This document shows positions 1-11,686 of a stretch of 33,967 nt of DNA, piece after piece. How positions within the stretch are numbered: the first letter of the stretch is position 1; each line of letters opens with the position of its first letter. The stretch is from Octopus bimaculoides (Eukaryota). The notes beneath the pieces were generated by a model. The model was not told where the DNA came from and searched no databases. It saw nothing but the letters and a program-made list of their open reading frames with translations. Where the stretch lies: contig NC_068993.1 of the NCBI RefSeq assembly GCF_001194135.2, forward strand, positions 29,693,286-29,727,252, given 5' to 3'. The translations under genes were made by a program, and so were the position numbers.

Positions 1-39
1 ATATATATTATACATACATATGTATCTATATATGACATA

Positions 40-297
40 TAAAAACCAAAAACTAGCCTTAGTAAGTAGGAAAGCAGACAAATCACAAATCCCTTCAGGT
101 AGATGGCCCTGCTCTATCTGTAGAAAAGGCGTAGGTAGAAACTCCATAAGATGCACCTAGCATAAGTTTTGGACACATAAAAAGTGCAGCAATATCAGAA
201 GAAGGTTAACAGGGAAACTACCTTTTGTTTGTGGAAGTTGCACGGGTACAATAAACACTGAAAATGTGTAGAAAATAGACTCCATCAACTGCCAGGT
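40..297 (+). mobile_element. RTE-clade LINE internal fragment (PHD-like zinc-finger region, decayed)
   Basis: Translates as RKADKSQIPSGRWPCSICRKGVGRNSIRCT*HKFWTHKKCS...FVCGSC, matching the same region of the copies at 13330-13510 (+) and 29284-29430 (-); contains stops. Confidence 0.85.
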
Positions 298-640
298 GAC
301 ATGGTGGCATAGTGACAGGGTTCTTTTTAAGCATTGAGACTCATAGAGGCAAAGTGGCTGAGTTCCTTTCTAGTGTTGGGCCTCATGGAGGCAAAGTGAC
401 TGAGGTTCCTTTCAAGTGTTGGATCTCATAAAGGCAATAACCGTGATCTTTGGCATTATGTTGTGCTTGAGAAGACCCATGAAACTAAGCAAAATTGCCA
501 TCATAGAGTGATTGGCATAAAAACCATGCCAAATCAGATGGGAGTCTGCTGCAGACTCCCAGTTTACCAGCCTTGGTCAAACCATTAAACCCATGCCAGG
601 ATGGACAGCAAACGTTAAATTATGACGAGGATGATATATA
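298..640 (+). mobile_element. 3' UTR/tail of RTE-type LINE (or derived SINE) with three ~42-bp tandem units and degenerate (GAT)n tail
   Basis: Units at 320-361, 362-403, 405-436; hairpin TGGGAGTCTG-ctg-CAGACTCCCA at 539-561; ending aacccatgccaggatgg...cgttaaattatgacgaggatgat resembles tails at 14540-14583 and 22255-22300. Confidence 0.75.
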
Positions 641-1389
641 TATGCTCAGATAAGAAATCTGTTTTTTTTTTTTTTCAACTTCATACATCTACACCTCTAT
701 TTCTGCGCAGATCATAAACCACTTATTAGTTCTTTCATTATTCTATCTATTTCATTACCATGTAAACATAGTTTAATCGTAGTTTCGTCTTCCTCGCTGT
801 TGTCTTAAAACAAACTTAAGTTCCTTCATGCGCATTTACTATTCGTTACCTATTCATTTATTCAACGTCACTTATTTCTCTAATTTTGTCACAGATTGGC
901 TGACCAAAAATTCTAAGATTTTTCAATTCCATTTCACTATTATCAGCATTTGTGTTTCNNNNNNNNNNNNNNNNNNNNNNNNNNNNNNNNNNNNNNNNNN
1001 NNNNNNNNNNNNNNNNNNNNNNNNNNNNNNNNNNNNNNNNNNNNNNNNNNNNNNNNNNNNNNNNNNNNNNNNNNNNNNNNNNNNNNNNNNNNNNNNNNNN
1101 NNNNNNNNNNNNNNNNNNNNNNNNNNNNNNNNNNNNNNNNNNNNNNNNNNNNNNNNNNNNNNNNNNNNNNNNNNNNNNNNNNNNNNNNNNNNNNNNNNNN
1201 NNNNNNNNNNNNNNNNNNNNNNNNNNNNNNNNNNNNNNNNNNNNNNCTTAACGCCATTCCCACCCCTACTTAGGGTTTATCTCCTAAGTAAGGTAGTGAT
1301 CATATAGTGCATAAAAATGATGGTGTAGTATATGCAGGTTGAAGGCAATTGTTTGTTTATGAATTCTGCCAAATGTGAGCTTTCTTTTC

Positions 1390-3292
1390 AGGTACATGAC
1401 GCTGCTGTCCCCCATCCCAGGGTCTCACAGGCCCACACCTCCCTCACCCTTAGGGTTGACACACTCAACATCGGCACACTGAAAGGTAGGTCTGATGAGA
1501 TTGTTGAGATGCTTGAACGGAGACATGTAGATTTGTGCTGCATCCAAGAAGTAAGGTGGAGAGGAGGTTCCTCACAGGCAAAGAACACAGGTACAAGATT
1601 TTCTGGACAGGGAACACTGAGAGGGTTGGGAACATGGGTATACTTCTTGCAGAGAAATGGGTTGATAAGGTAATCGAGGTAGTCAGGGTATGCAATAGAA
1701 TATTTAAGATTAGATTAGTGCTACATCATGGGTTAGCAACCATTATCTTGGCCTATGCCCCTCAGATGGGGGCTACCTGATGGACAGAAAGACCAATTTT
1801 ATGACACCCTCTTGCAGACTACCTCGATGACAAATGACAGGGACCTTCTCTTTGTGGCTGGCGACTTCAATGGGTGTGTTGGACAACATGCAGTGAGCTT
1901 CCATGGCATACATGGAGGCTATGATTTTGATTCCCGCAATGAGGAGGGAACCAGGCTGTTGGAGTTCTGTCATGCAAATGATCTTATGGTTTGCAGCACT
2001 AACTTCAGGAGACCTGCCAGTCACCTAGTCACCTAACAATCTGGTAGACACACTAGCCAAATTGACTACATCCTTGCCAGAAAAAGGGAAAGATGGCAGC
2101 TTATAAATGCCAAAACCTTCCCAGGCGAAGAATGTACCCCACAACATAGATAGTAGTTAGCGACTTCAGGATCAGGGCTAAATGGATGCCCTGAAGACGA
2201 CCAGCACGGAGGAGAAGGGTCTGGAAGCTTAAAGATCCTGCGAATGGACAGAGATTTAGAGACTTATTACTTAAAGCCTTTGATGAAATAGAGGGGGATA
2301 TAGCATCACATGATGTGGAAGACAACTGGAGGTTTCTACGGGACAACCTGCTGAGGGCCACTGACCAGATCTGTGGATGGTGCAAAGACCCCTCTCAACC
2401 CAAGGTAATGTGGTGGTGGAACAATGTTGTTGACAGGGAAATTAGGGAAAAGAAACAGGCTTGGAAGGACTGGAAGAACGATGGTAGCAGGGAATTTCCA
2501 GAAGGGAAGCTAGGAGACAGGTTTATTTAGCCAGTGGGGAAGCAGATGAGAAAAAATTTGCCAATGTTCTGTGCCGTGAGGACCAAAGACTTGAGGTACT
2601 TCGTGTTGCAAGACATTGTGTGAGAGAGAAACGTGATGTCGTAGGAGAGAAATGTGTCTGCATGGAAGATGGTTCATTTGCATTAAATGAGGCTGCAAAG
2701 AGAGAGGTTTGGAGATGCCACTATGAATGGTTGCTCAATAAAGAGAATGAATGGGAGAAAGAGAGTCTGCTAAATGTCAACCCAATAGAGGGACCAGCTA
2801 TCCTAATTGACAGTACCTTAGCAGATAAAGTGATCAAGAGTATGAAAACAGGGAATGCCCCCAGCCCATCAGGAATTACTGCAGAGATGCTCAAAATATC
2901 TGGCGGTGTCGGGTATAGCCTAGTCACTCGTATAGTTAACCAGGTGATACATGAATGAGTCATACCCAATGACTGGTGTAGCAGCACCATAGTCAACTGC
3001 TACAAAGGTAAATGTGACGCTTTAGATACAAATAGTTACAGAGGTATCAAGTTATTGGATCAGGTAATGAAGGTCATGGAGAGGGTTATAGCCCAACTAA
3101 TTAGGGAGAGAGTCAGTTTAGATGAAACGTAGTTTGGGTTCATGCCAGGGAAAAGCACCACTGATGCTATATTTCTGGTAAGACATTTTCAGAAGAAATA
3201 CCTAGCCAAAGATAGACCTCTGTACCTGGCTTTTATTGACATGGAAAAAGCCTTTGACAGGGTACCCTGTTCCCTTATCTGGTGGTCAATGA
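1390..3292 (+). mobile_element. RTE-clade LINE ORF (APE endonuclease, linker, start of RT), frameshifted pseudogene
   Basis: APE motifs TLNIGTL, DLCCIQEVRW, VAGDFNG and QIDYIL; RT-entry motifs GNAPSPSGIT, YRGIKLLDQVMK, FMPGKSTTDAIF, LAFIDMEKAFDRV; multiple stops and frameshifts. Confidence 0.93.
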
Positions 3293-3695
3293 ATCACTTG
3301 TATTTGGTATTCATGGTTAAAAGAATTCCTACTAGTCTTCTCAGAATTAGATGTTACAGCAGGATTATTATGAATATTATAATTAATATTAAAATTAGGT
3401 GTCAACTTAACTGTAATATCAGAGTTGGATAATTTACTTAAAGAATTGAAATCTAGTTCAGGAAAATTATCATTGGAATTAATTTCACAATTCACATTGT
3501 TGATTCTAATGTTGTTTACAGATTTTGAGCTGAAATAATCCCTGATTCTCTGTATGTTATGTGTTGCTATAATTTCAGCTAAATTTCTGGTGGTTGAATA
3601 CAAAAATTTAATACTATGGTGATTAAATAATTTCTTATATTTACTTGAAAGTGGGAAATATTTATTTAGTGCAGCAAAGAATTTCCAAGGAACAC
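3293..3695 (-). mobile_element. Penelope-like element ORF fragment (RT C-terminal thumb plus Asn-rich linker) embedded in the RTE LINE
   Basis: Stop-free frame KFFAALNKYFPLSSKYKKLFNHHSIKFLYSTTRNLAEIIATHN resembles the PLE motif (KHFP...KIFNRNTVKVSYSCMPN...II..HN) that precedes the GIY-YIG domain. Confidence 0.7.
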
Positions 3696-4921
3696 TGGGA
3701 AAAAGAAAGTCTGCCAATGTCAACCCAATAGAGGGACCAGCTATCCTAATTGACAGTACCTTAGCAGATAAAGCAATCAAGAGTATGAAAACAGGGAATG
3801 CCCCCAGCCCATCAGGAATTACTGCAGAGATGCTCAAAATATCTGGAGGTGTCGGGTATAGCCTAGTCACTCGTATATATACAAAAGAAACAGGCTTGGA
3901 AGGACTGGGAGAACGGAGGTAACAGGGAATCGTATCAGACTGCCAGAAGGGAAGCTAGGAGACAGGTTTACTTAGCCAGAGGGGAAGCAGATAAAAAAAA
4001 ATTTGCCAATGTTCTGCGCTGTGAGGACCAAAGNNNNNNNNNNAGGGGAAGCAGATAAAAAAAAATTTGCCAATGTTCTGCGCTGTGAGGACCAAAGACT
4101 TGAAGTATTTCATGTTGCAAGACAGTGTGTGAGAGAGAATCGTGATATCGTAGGTGAGAAATGTGTCCGCTTGGATGATGGCTCACTTGCACTAAATGAG
4201 GCTGCAAAGAGAGAGGTCTGGAGATGCCACTATGAAAGGCTGCTTAATAAAGAGAATGAATGGGAGGAAGAGAGTCTGCTGCATGTCGACCCAACAGAGG
4301 GACCAGCTATCCTAATTGACAGTACCTTAGCAGATAAAGCGATCAAGAGTATGAAGACAGGGAATGCCCCCAGCCCATCAGGAATTACTACAGAGATGCT
4401 CAAAATATCTGGCAGTGTCAGCTATAGCCTAGTCATCCGTATTGCTAACCAGGTGATACACGAAGGAGTCATACCCAATGACTGGTGTAGCAGCACCGTA
4501 GTCAACTGCTACAAAGGTAAAGGTGATGCTCTTGACACAAACAATTACAGAGGTATCAAGTTGTTGGACCAGGTAATGAAGGCCATGGAGAGGGTCATAG
4601 CCCAATAAATTAGGGAGAGAGTCAGTTTAGATGAGATGCAGTTTGGGTTCATTCCAGGAAAAAGCACCACTGGTGCTATATTTCTGGTAAGACAGCGGCA
4701 GGAGAAATACCTGGCCAAAGATAAACCTCTGTACCTGGCTTTCGTTGACATGGAGAAAGCCTTTGACAGGGTTCGCCCGATCCCTTATCTGGTGGTCAAT
4801 GAGGAAACTAGGGATAGATGAATGGTTAGTAAGAGCTGAGCAAGTCATGTACAGGGACGCTGTCAGTAAGGTGAGGGTTGGCAACAAGTACAGTGAAGAA
4901 TTCCGGGTAGAGGTAGTGGTC
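3696..4921 (+). mobile_element. Second, partly duplicated RTE LINE segment(s) (3696-3876 repeats ~2755-2935; ~3880-4800 repeats ~2445-3290 and extends further into RT)
   Basis: Direct nucleotide similarity with substitutions; ORF 4003-4608 ends NNYRGIKLLDQVMKAMERVIAQ; 4636-4821 QFGFIPGKSTTGAIFLVRQRQEKYL...VDMEKAFDRV. Confidence 0.92.
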
Positions 4922-4927
4922 AATCAC

Positions 4928-5063
4928 TTGGTTCTGGGCAAAAATTCTAAACTGTCTCTGATTTTATTGTCTCTTATCTTAGAAGTGATTGTCCCTCATA
5001 CTATTACTACTAGATAAGAGACAATAAAATCAGAGACAGTTTAGAATTTTTGCCTAGAACCAA
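4928..5063. repeat. Near-perfect 52-bp inverted repeat with 32-nt spacer
   Basis: 4928-4979 ttggttctgggcaaaaattctaaactgtctctgattttattgtctcttatct versus the reverse complement of 5012-5063: one mismatch. Confidence 0.95.
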
Positions 5064-5959
5064 TTACTAGCCTGATAGACTTGGCTATGTCAAGATGAAT
5101 TTTATGTATTCTTCCTCCCACTTGGATTTGAAATGTTGCCACAATTATAATATGTCTATTCTACTGTGACTTTCTGCATTTTCCTGCAGCTGAAGATTGC
5201 TCNNNNNNNNNNNNNNNNNNNNNNNNNNNNNNNNNNNNNNNNNNNNNNNNNNNNNNNNNNNNNNNNNNNNNNNNNNNNNNNNNNNNNNNNNNNNNNTATA
5301 TATATAAGAAAGTAAGGAATGGAAATGATAAAACACAGACTACGAAAGTTTCAGAGCAAAGCAATGTTTGTTACATAAGTTGTAACATATATAGGACCAG
5401 TTTAGCTAATCATCTGGTCTTATTACCTATAAGTTGTTTACAGTGACATGTGGAGATGAACAAATGAGTTATCAAATTAGCCACAGCATGAATGGCAAAT
5501 TGAAAAATGAAAAAAGCAAAACAAAAAATCAAATGACCAGTGAAAGTATTAGTTAGAGGGCAGGTTGCCCTAAAAGGAAATAAGGTGGGTGTGTTTATAG
5601 ATGTTATTAACCTCTTAACATATTATCCCATATATTTTCGTTCAGAGATGTCTAGTAAATATGTATTTGAACAATTATATACATTCACTGTACTCTGAGG
5701 TATATCATTTATTTCTAACACATAATACTTCATTCATGGTTTTATTCCCATTTTCTATCATTAACTATCATTTCTATCAGTAACTTCATAATAAATCATG
5801 ACTGATTCAAAATAATTAATAGAAAATATATTTTTTGCATGGAAATTGAAAAAAATTTGTGGATGAAACTGGATATTAGATAGAGGGGAAAGGGTAGATA
5901 GGGAGGACTAGCAACAAGATTCCTTTACTCTAGGGTGACAAAGACATAGTAAGAGACAA

Positions 5960-6340
5960 AGAACTGATATTGTATTGTCATGATGAAACCATCACTCTCC
6001 ACTTTACCACTGGTCAGGATATTTTCATCTCGCTGTGTCTCAGAAATGTTTCAGAACTGCTAAGTAAAATGTCTGGTTAACGGTTTAACCAGGAGGAATT
6101 CCTTTTGCATCAATGGAACAAATCAGCATCATCTTGATGCTGGACTTCACTTGACGCTTCCATTGACTTGATTGTTGCTTCGTTTCCAGGTCATAGCTCT
6201 AGCACCAGTTTTCATCTCCAGTGATGACCTTTGAAAAAAGGTTCAGATTAACTTCCATCTGTTCTTTCAGTTCACGACATGCATTCAGTCATGACTACTT
6301 TTGATCTTCTATGAGCAAGTGCAGTACAAAATTTTTGGGA
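5960..6340 (-). pseudogene. Decayed mariner (Tc1/mariner) transposase fragment
   Basis: Minus frame reads LFSKVITGDENWC*SYDLETKQQSSQW...KMMLICSIDAKG...TVNQTFYLAVLK...WFHHDN, i.e. the ITGDE.W and HHDN catalytic motifs, with several stops. Confidence 0.9.
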
Positions 6341-6579
6341 CACACTGACAAAGGGGTAAAAGTCAATCAGGATGTAATAAAAGCCACAAATAGAATTTAC
6401 ATGTGGAAAACAGAATACAAATATATACATATATATATAAATATATTTAAAAGATGCAAATAAATAAAGAGGATGAAAATATATTTCTTTACTTTGTATT
6501 TTTTATTTGATTATTATCATTATTTTCACATACGCAATTATTTAATGTACATGTGGTGTTCTTGTGCGTGTATACAACC

Positions 6580-7030
6580 ACAGGTTTTTTTATGTACACA
6601 TGCTAAACCACTTCCACATCAACTGCCTGAGAAAACTGTTGAAGATCACTTGGCAAGACAAGGTCCTAGACACAGAGGTCCTCTTTCAAGCTGATCTGCC
6701 AAGCACTTACACACTGCTGAACAGAGCACAGATCAGGTGGGCAGGCCACCTTGTTTGGATGCCTGACACACGAGTCCCCAAAAGACTGCTTTACAGTGAA
6801 TTGGCAGAAAGCAAATTGCACACAAGGTAGACAAAAAAAGCACTTCAAAGATAAACGCAAAGTCTCACTGAAGCGCTTTCAGATAACCCTGACTCCTGGG
6901 AAATGCAAGCACAGGACTTCCCAGTCTGGCATAGCTGCATCAACAGGGGTGCTACTGCCCATGAAGTGAGCCACGCTGATTGAAAGACCCTGAATGAAGC
7001 TGCACAGGAAATTATTTCTGGCTGCATATA
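6580..7030 (+). mobile_element. 3' fragment of a second RTE family (BovB/Expander-like RT C-terminus)
   Basis: HMLNHFHINCLRKLLKITWQDKVLDTEVL...QIRWAGHLVWMPDTRVPKRLLYSEL...GRQKKHFKD is the typical RTE C-terminal signature; differs from the main RTE family here. Confidence 0.88.
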
Positions 7031-7599
7031 CAACTGTCCATACTCTGTGCAGTGGAAACATGTATAGGTTATCATCATAGCCATAAAGATATGTTGTACG
7101 ACCTTGTAAAATAAAAGGAAATAAATTTTAAGGATGTACCAGTCTCCATATTCTCTATCATAATTATTGCTAATATAGGTTCCAGATAATATTACCATCC
7201 AGTGAAGCGAACATAGAATTACCCATCGGAGGAATTTACAGTGTGAGTGACAACTCCTAGTTGTCATAGATATTCAATACTAATCAATGTGGTTAACCAT
7301 AACCTGGAACATAACTGAGAGCTACCACCCAGATAATATATCTATCTCTCTAAACTCACATATATATATATATATTTCTATACACATCTTTGGAGATATA
7401 CATTTTTCTATTTTTTCCTAAACATATTTGTTTCTATTAACACTTTTTTTTTATGCACATTCTTTAATACCCATTTTATATACCAATGTTATATAAATTG
7501 TATTTAGTCAATCTTTATTTCAATCAACATTTTACTGTGTCTGTTCAAGCTTTGTTCTTTATATCTAATTTCTCTTTTTATTATACCATTTCTACTGGA

Positions 7600-7800
7600 G
7601 CCACATAAATGCACCCATGCCGGTGCTGCATAATAGCACCCAGTACACTATGTAAAGTGGTTGGAGTTAAGAAGGGTATCCAACCATAGAAATCATGCTA
7701 AAACGGACATGGAACTTGGGTATCTCTTCAGCTGGCCAGCTCTTGTCAAACCGGCCAACCCATGCCAGCATTGAAAACAGATGTTAAATGATGATGGTAA
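7600..7800 (+). mobile_element. 5'-truncated RTE-type 3' tail / SINE remnant
   Basis: agcacccagtacac...gttggagttaagaagggtatccaacc...aacccatgccagcattgaaaacagatgttaaatgatgatg parallels 14410-14583. Confidence 0.75.
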
Positions 7801-8692
7801 CTACTCTCACCTTGTTTTTTAATTAAAATTATAAGTGCTACATGACATTACATCATGTACATATATACACACATTATTTTTCTTTTAGTTTTCCTTCAGT
7901 TTTTTGTTTAGTTTTATCTTATATGTGTTCCCTTCTCTTCTATTTTCTTGTATAGCTGCGATCTCCCCACTCCTTGATAGCAATCTTATTTTAAATTTAT
8001 TTATTCTTTTTATTTACCTATTTTTCTGTAATACTCATTTGCCTGCATTTAAATTTTAATTATTATTTCCATTTAAATTGTAATTTCAATCACTTGCAGC
8101 ATCTTATTTCTGATGAGGTCTTTCTCATTCACTGTATTTTTTTTTTATACTTGTTTCTATAAGTTGAGATGATTTACATTATTCAGTTTTTAATTTTTAT
8201 TTGATTTTCCTCGACATTTATTTATTTTTTTGTGAAAGAGAAAAATAGAGAAAAATAAGAAAAAATACATAAGAAGCACTGCTGAAGATTATACAATTGG
8301 TAAGTAGAAGTAGAAGCTGACAATGGAAAGCAAACAAAGTTGCAAGCACATGTGGAGGGTTAGAATGAAGGAAAAGAGTTCTCAGATGGTAAAATCCACT
8401 GAGAAATTCTGGACGTATATTATGCTGGAGAGAACTTGCTGGAGAAAGTGGAGTCAGACCAGTAGCATGGTGAAGAAAGGAAGAGAAAGAAGGAAGGAGG
8501 AAAAAGAACTCTGTAGCAGGAGAATGGAACAAGTGTGTAGGGGGTCAATAAGATGAAAAGATTACATGTGTTTGTGTTTGTGAGAGCAGGCTAAAAATCA
8601 GTGACAGAAATGGTGTTGAATATAGTACTCGAGCAAATCAAGTGCCTGCAAGTACACTTATCTTTTTATATATCTGTGTGTAAGGAAAGTGT

Positions 8693-9032
8693 GGAGTAGA
8701 GCCCCTTCGGTCAGGAATGACCATGCGATTGCACCTAGACAGTGACCCTTCAAGGCACAATCCCAGACAAGGTTGTTTATGGAAGACCAGCAGTCACCTA
8801 TGCATACCAGCCTCCTCTCTCCATGCCACCAATGTTATCCAAAGGAAAGGCAAAGGCCGATATGGCTTGGCACCAGTGACACTGCAACTCTTTTCTACAG
8901 CTGAGTGAACTGGAGCAACGTGAAATAAAGTGCCTTGCTCAAGAACACAGCATACAACTTGGTCCAGGAATTGAACTAACTACCTCATAATTGTGAGCCT
9001 AACACTCTAACCACTGAGCCATTCGCCTACAC
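8693..9032 (-). mobile_element. tRNA-derived SINE, full length, with 11-bp TSD
   Basis: Pol III box A TGGCTCAGTGG (9021-9011) and box B GTTCAATTCC (8976-8967); flanking direct repeat aaggaaagtgt at 8682-8692 and 9033-9043. Confidence 0.88.
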
Positions 9033-10405
9033 AAGGAAAGTGTACATATAAGTTTATATGTGTGCATAAGTAGAGTATAATGGTTGTGTAGTATTAAGAA
9101 GGGAACATGAGAGTATGGTGATATGTGTGGGTGGGTATATGTGGACAGAGATATGTGTTGGTATGTATGTCTTGTAAAATGATGTAAGAAGCTATGTGTG
9201 TGTGTGTGGAGACATACTGGTATACACAGGAGCATCCAGGGGGAAAGAAGGTGGGAGGTGAGCCAAATCCATCACCTGGTTACTGCACTTTAAATTTAGA
9301 TGAAATGTATGTGTCAGTGATTAGAGTGTATGAGTAATTATATTGTATGCAAGGAGAACATAGAAGTGAGGAAGTGACAGCAGGCATAAGCATGAGGGGG
9401 AACGGAAGACAAGAAAGATGTGGAGAGTGTAGTAGAAGTGTGTGCAAGGGTATGGGTGTGAAATGCTGTTGGTAGAGATTTGAAAGAAGAAAGGAAAAAC
9501 CTGAAGAAAGGAAAAAGAACACTAGTGCAAAAAAATTATTTTTGTGTTTCTAAGAGAGAAGAAAATTTGTGGAGTAAGTAAAGGGGCTAGAAGAAAAGGA
9601 TAGAGATGTTGAAATGTAAAGCAGATAAGTAGAAGGGGAAAAAGAATGAAAATGATAATAAAAATGGTCAAAAAACTGAACATGAGAGGAAAGGTTCGAA
9701 TTCAGGGAGAAAATGGAAAACCAAATCTATGATGAAACAGTGATGAAAAAATATATATATAATGATATATATAACACAAGTGAAAAATCAGTGGAGGTTA
9801 CATAGGCGGTGCAAAGTCCAAGAAGGCTGAAGCCAATAAATGAAAAGCAAGCAAACATTTAGGGGGTTTAAAATAGAAGAAAGGGAAAAAAAAAAGGATA
9901 TGCAAACAATTTTACATGGCTTAAGAGGATTTTAATAATCCAATTGGCAATATCTAGCAGTAAATTATGCAACAAAGGAAAGGAGTCAGAACATGTAGTT
10001 GCATGAGAGATAAATAAAAATTGAAGAGGAAAAAAAGAACTCTTTGGTGGGAGAGCAAAGTGGACTGGAGGTAATAAGATAAGTGCATGTGTTAGTTTGT
10101 GTGTTAGCAAGCTAAAGAACTGGTGGCAAGTGAGATGTTAAATGTAGTTGTCAAGCAAAGTGGATGTAGTGGGATAGGAAGAATGAGTAAGGGAACATGT
10201 ATGTATGTGTGTATTTTTCCATCCCTGAAGAGCATAAGTATTAGATAGTCATTCTGTTTTTGAATACCAAGTGAAAAACTGATTGGTAAGATTGGTTGTA
10301 ATGGATCTACTAAAAGTAATTTACCAACTCTATTGATAAATATATGAGTGCCTATTTTTCTGACTTATGGATTCTTAGACAGCTATATATACATATATAT
10401 ATATA

Positions 10406-10798
10406 CTTTATTTAAAAGCAGCAGAAATATAACAAAAGACTGTTACTCGGAGTTTCATGTTCCCGTTCATCGGACAGTTTTGTTAGAAATTGGAAAAGAA
10501 TGACAATGCAATCAAAAGTAATATAAAATTTGAAACACTTAGATCTGTTTGATTGGTCGTTTCAAATAACAGTCATGGATGCACAATGAACAAAACAAAT
10601 TAATTTAATATAGATTCATCCTATTTAAGAAAAAAAATTGAACAAAAACTTAAATAGAAAAATGGACTCAAAATACATATTGTAAATAATTAATTATATT
10701 CGAATTAATACATTAAAATAAAATAAAATAAAATATACACTGCATTCAAAATAGAATAAAATTACAATAGTATATACGCATACTAGACTATCCACAAC

Positions 10799-10800
<2 letters not shown>
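10406..10800 (-). mobile_element. Probable Penelope-like terminal region (hammerhead followed by AATAAA), flanked by (TA)n
   Basis: Hammerhead fold at 10431-10484, AATAAA ~20 nt downstream on minus strand, TA microsatellites on both sides. Confidence 0.55.
10431..10484 (-). ncRNA. Type I hammerhead ribozyme-like fold (variant core CCGAUGA)
   Basis: Minus strand: AACAAAACUGU-CCGAUGA-ACG ggaa CAU-GAA-ACU ccg AGU-A-ACAGUcuUUUGUU; stem I 11 bp with 2-nt bulge, GUA cleavage triplet; stem II has one mismatch consistent with CpG decay. Confidence 0.6.

Positions 10801-10840
<40 letters not shown>
10801..10840. repeat. (TA)n microsatellite, followed by TA/CA-rich and purine-rich low-complexity DNA to ~11520
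   Basis: Directly visible. Confidence 0.95.
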
Positions 10841-10843
<3 letters not shown>

Positions 10844-11686
10844 TCAAAATACACAAATGCATACGTACAGATAATCTACGTATATAGGTATATATTTGCA
10901 AGACACAAATATATACATGAATACAAATTTATAAACATACACATACACATGCAGTTAAGCTCGCGCACGAAAAAACTTACGCACTGGTAACAAAAATTGT
11001 ATCTTAAGCAATGGAGTGGAGGGGTAAAGTGTAACGTATCTATAATAACGTTACTAATATAGAAAGAGAGAAAGTGTGGCTATCATGAGGAAGGAAAGGA
11101 AGAAAGAGAGAAAGAGAGAAAGGAAGAAAAGAGAGAAAGGGGGAAGGGAAGAAAGAAGTAGAGAAAGAAAATGAACAAGAAGGTAGTTTAATGTATATAG
11201 TAAACCTACACAACAATTAGACTGCGTATATATGTGTATACAAAAATGTATATTAGCATCACGTATATAGATATATATGGGGATATGTACATAAATAATC
11301 ACCAACATAACCGTATACATGCGTATGCACACACTCAAGTAAGTGTGAGCGTGAACCTGTGTGCACATTCCCATATATAACATAGATGCACACACGCGAA
11401 TAAATGCATGCATGTGTAAATAAATATAAGCATACACTCTTACTCATGCATACACAAAAGCACACACACACACGAAATCATAACTGTATATGCAAAAGTG
11501 TAAACCTAGGCTCTATACATAAGCATAGATGCATACATACGAATACGTAAGCATTGTTACAATACAGACATCTACATAAAAAAACTTTTAGATCTCAGCG
11601 TATATATGCAGACAACTTTTTAAGAAATTGTTGGGTGTATAAAAGTTAAAATCGGGCGAAAATACATGCATAATAGAATTCCATAT

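Noticed and set aside
320-436. 42-bp tandem units (and similar units at 14270-14410, 27690-27830) as a CRISPR-like array
   Set aside because: No unique spacers; these are degenerate minisatellite units inside LINE 3' UTRs of a eukaryote.
4003-4095. ~50-bp tandem duplication around the 10-N gap
   Set aside because: Identical sequence on both sides of a small gap is typical of unmerged contig overlap.
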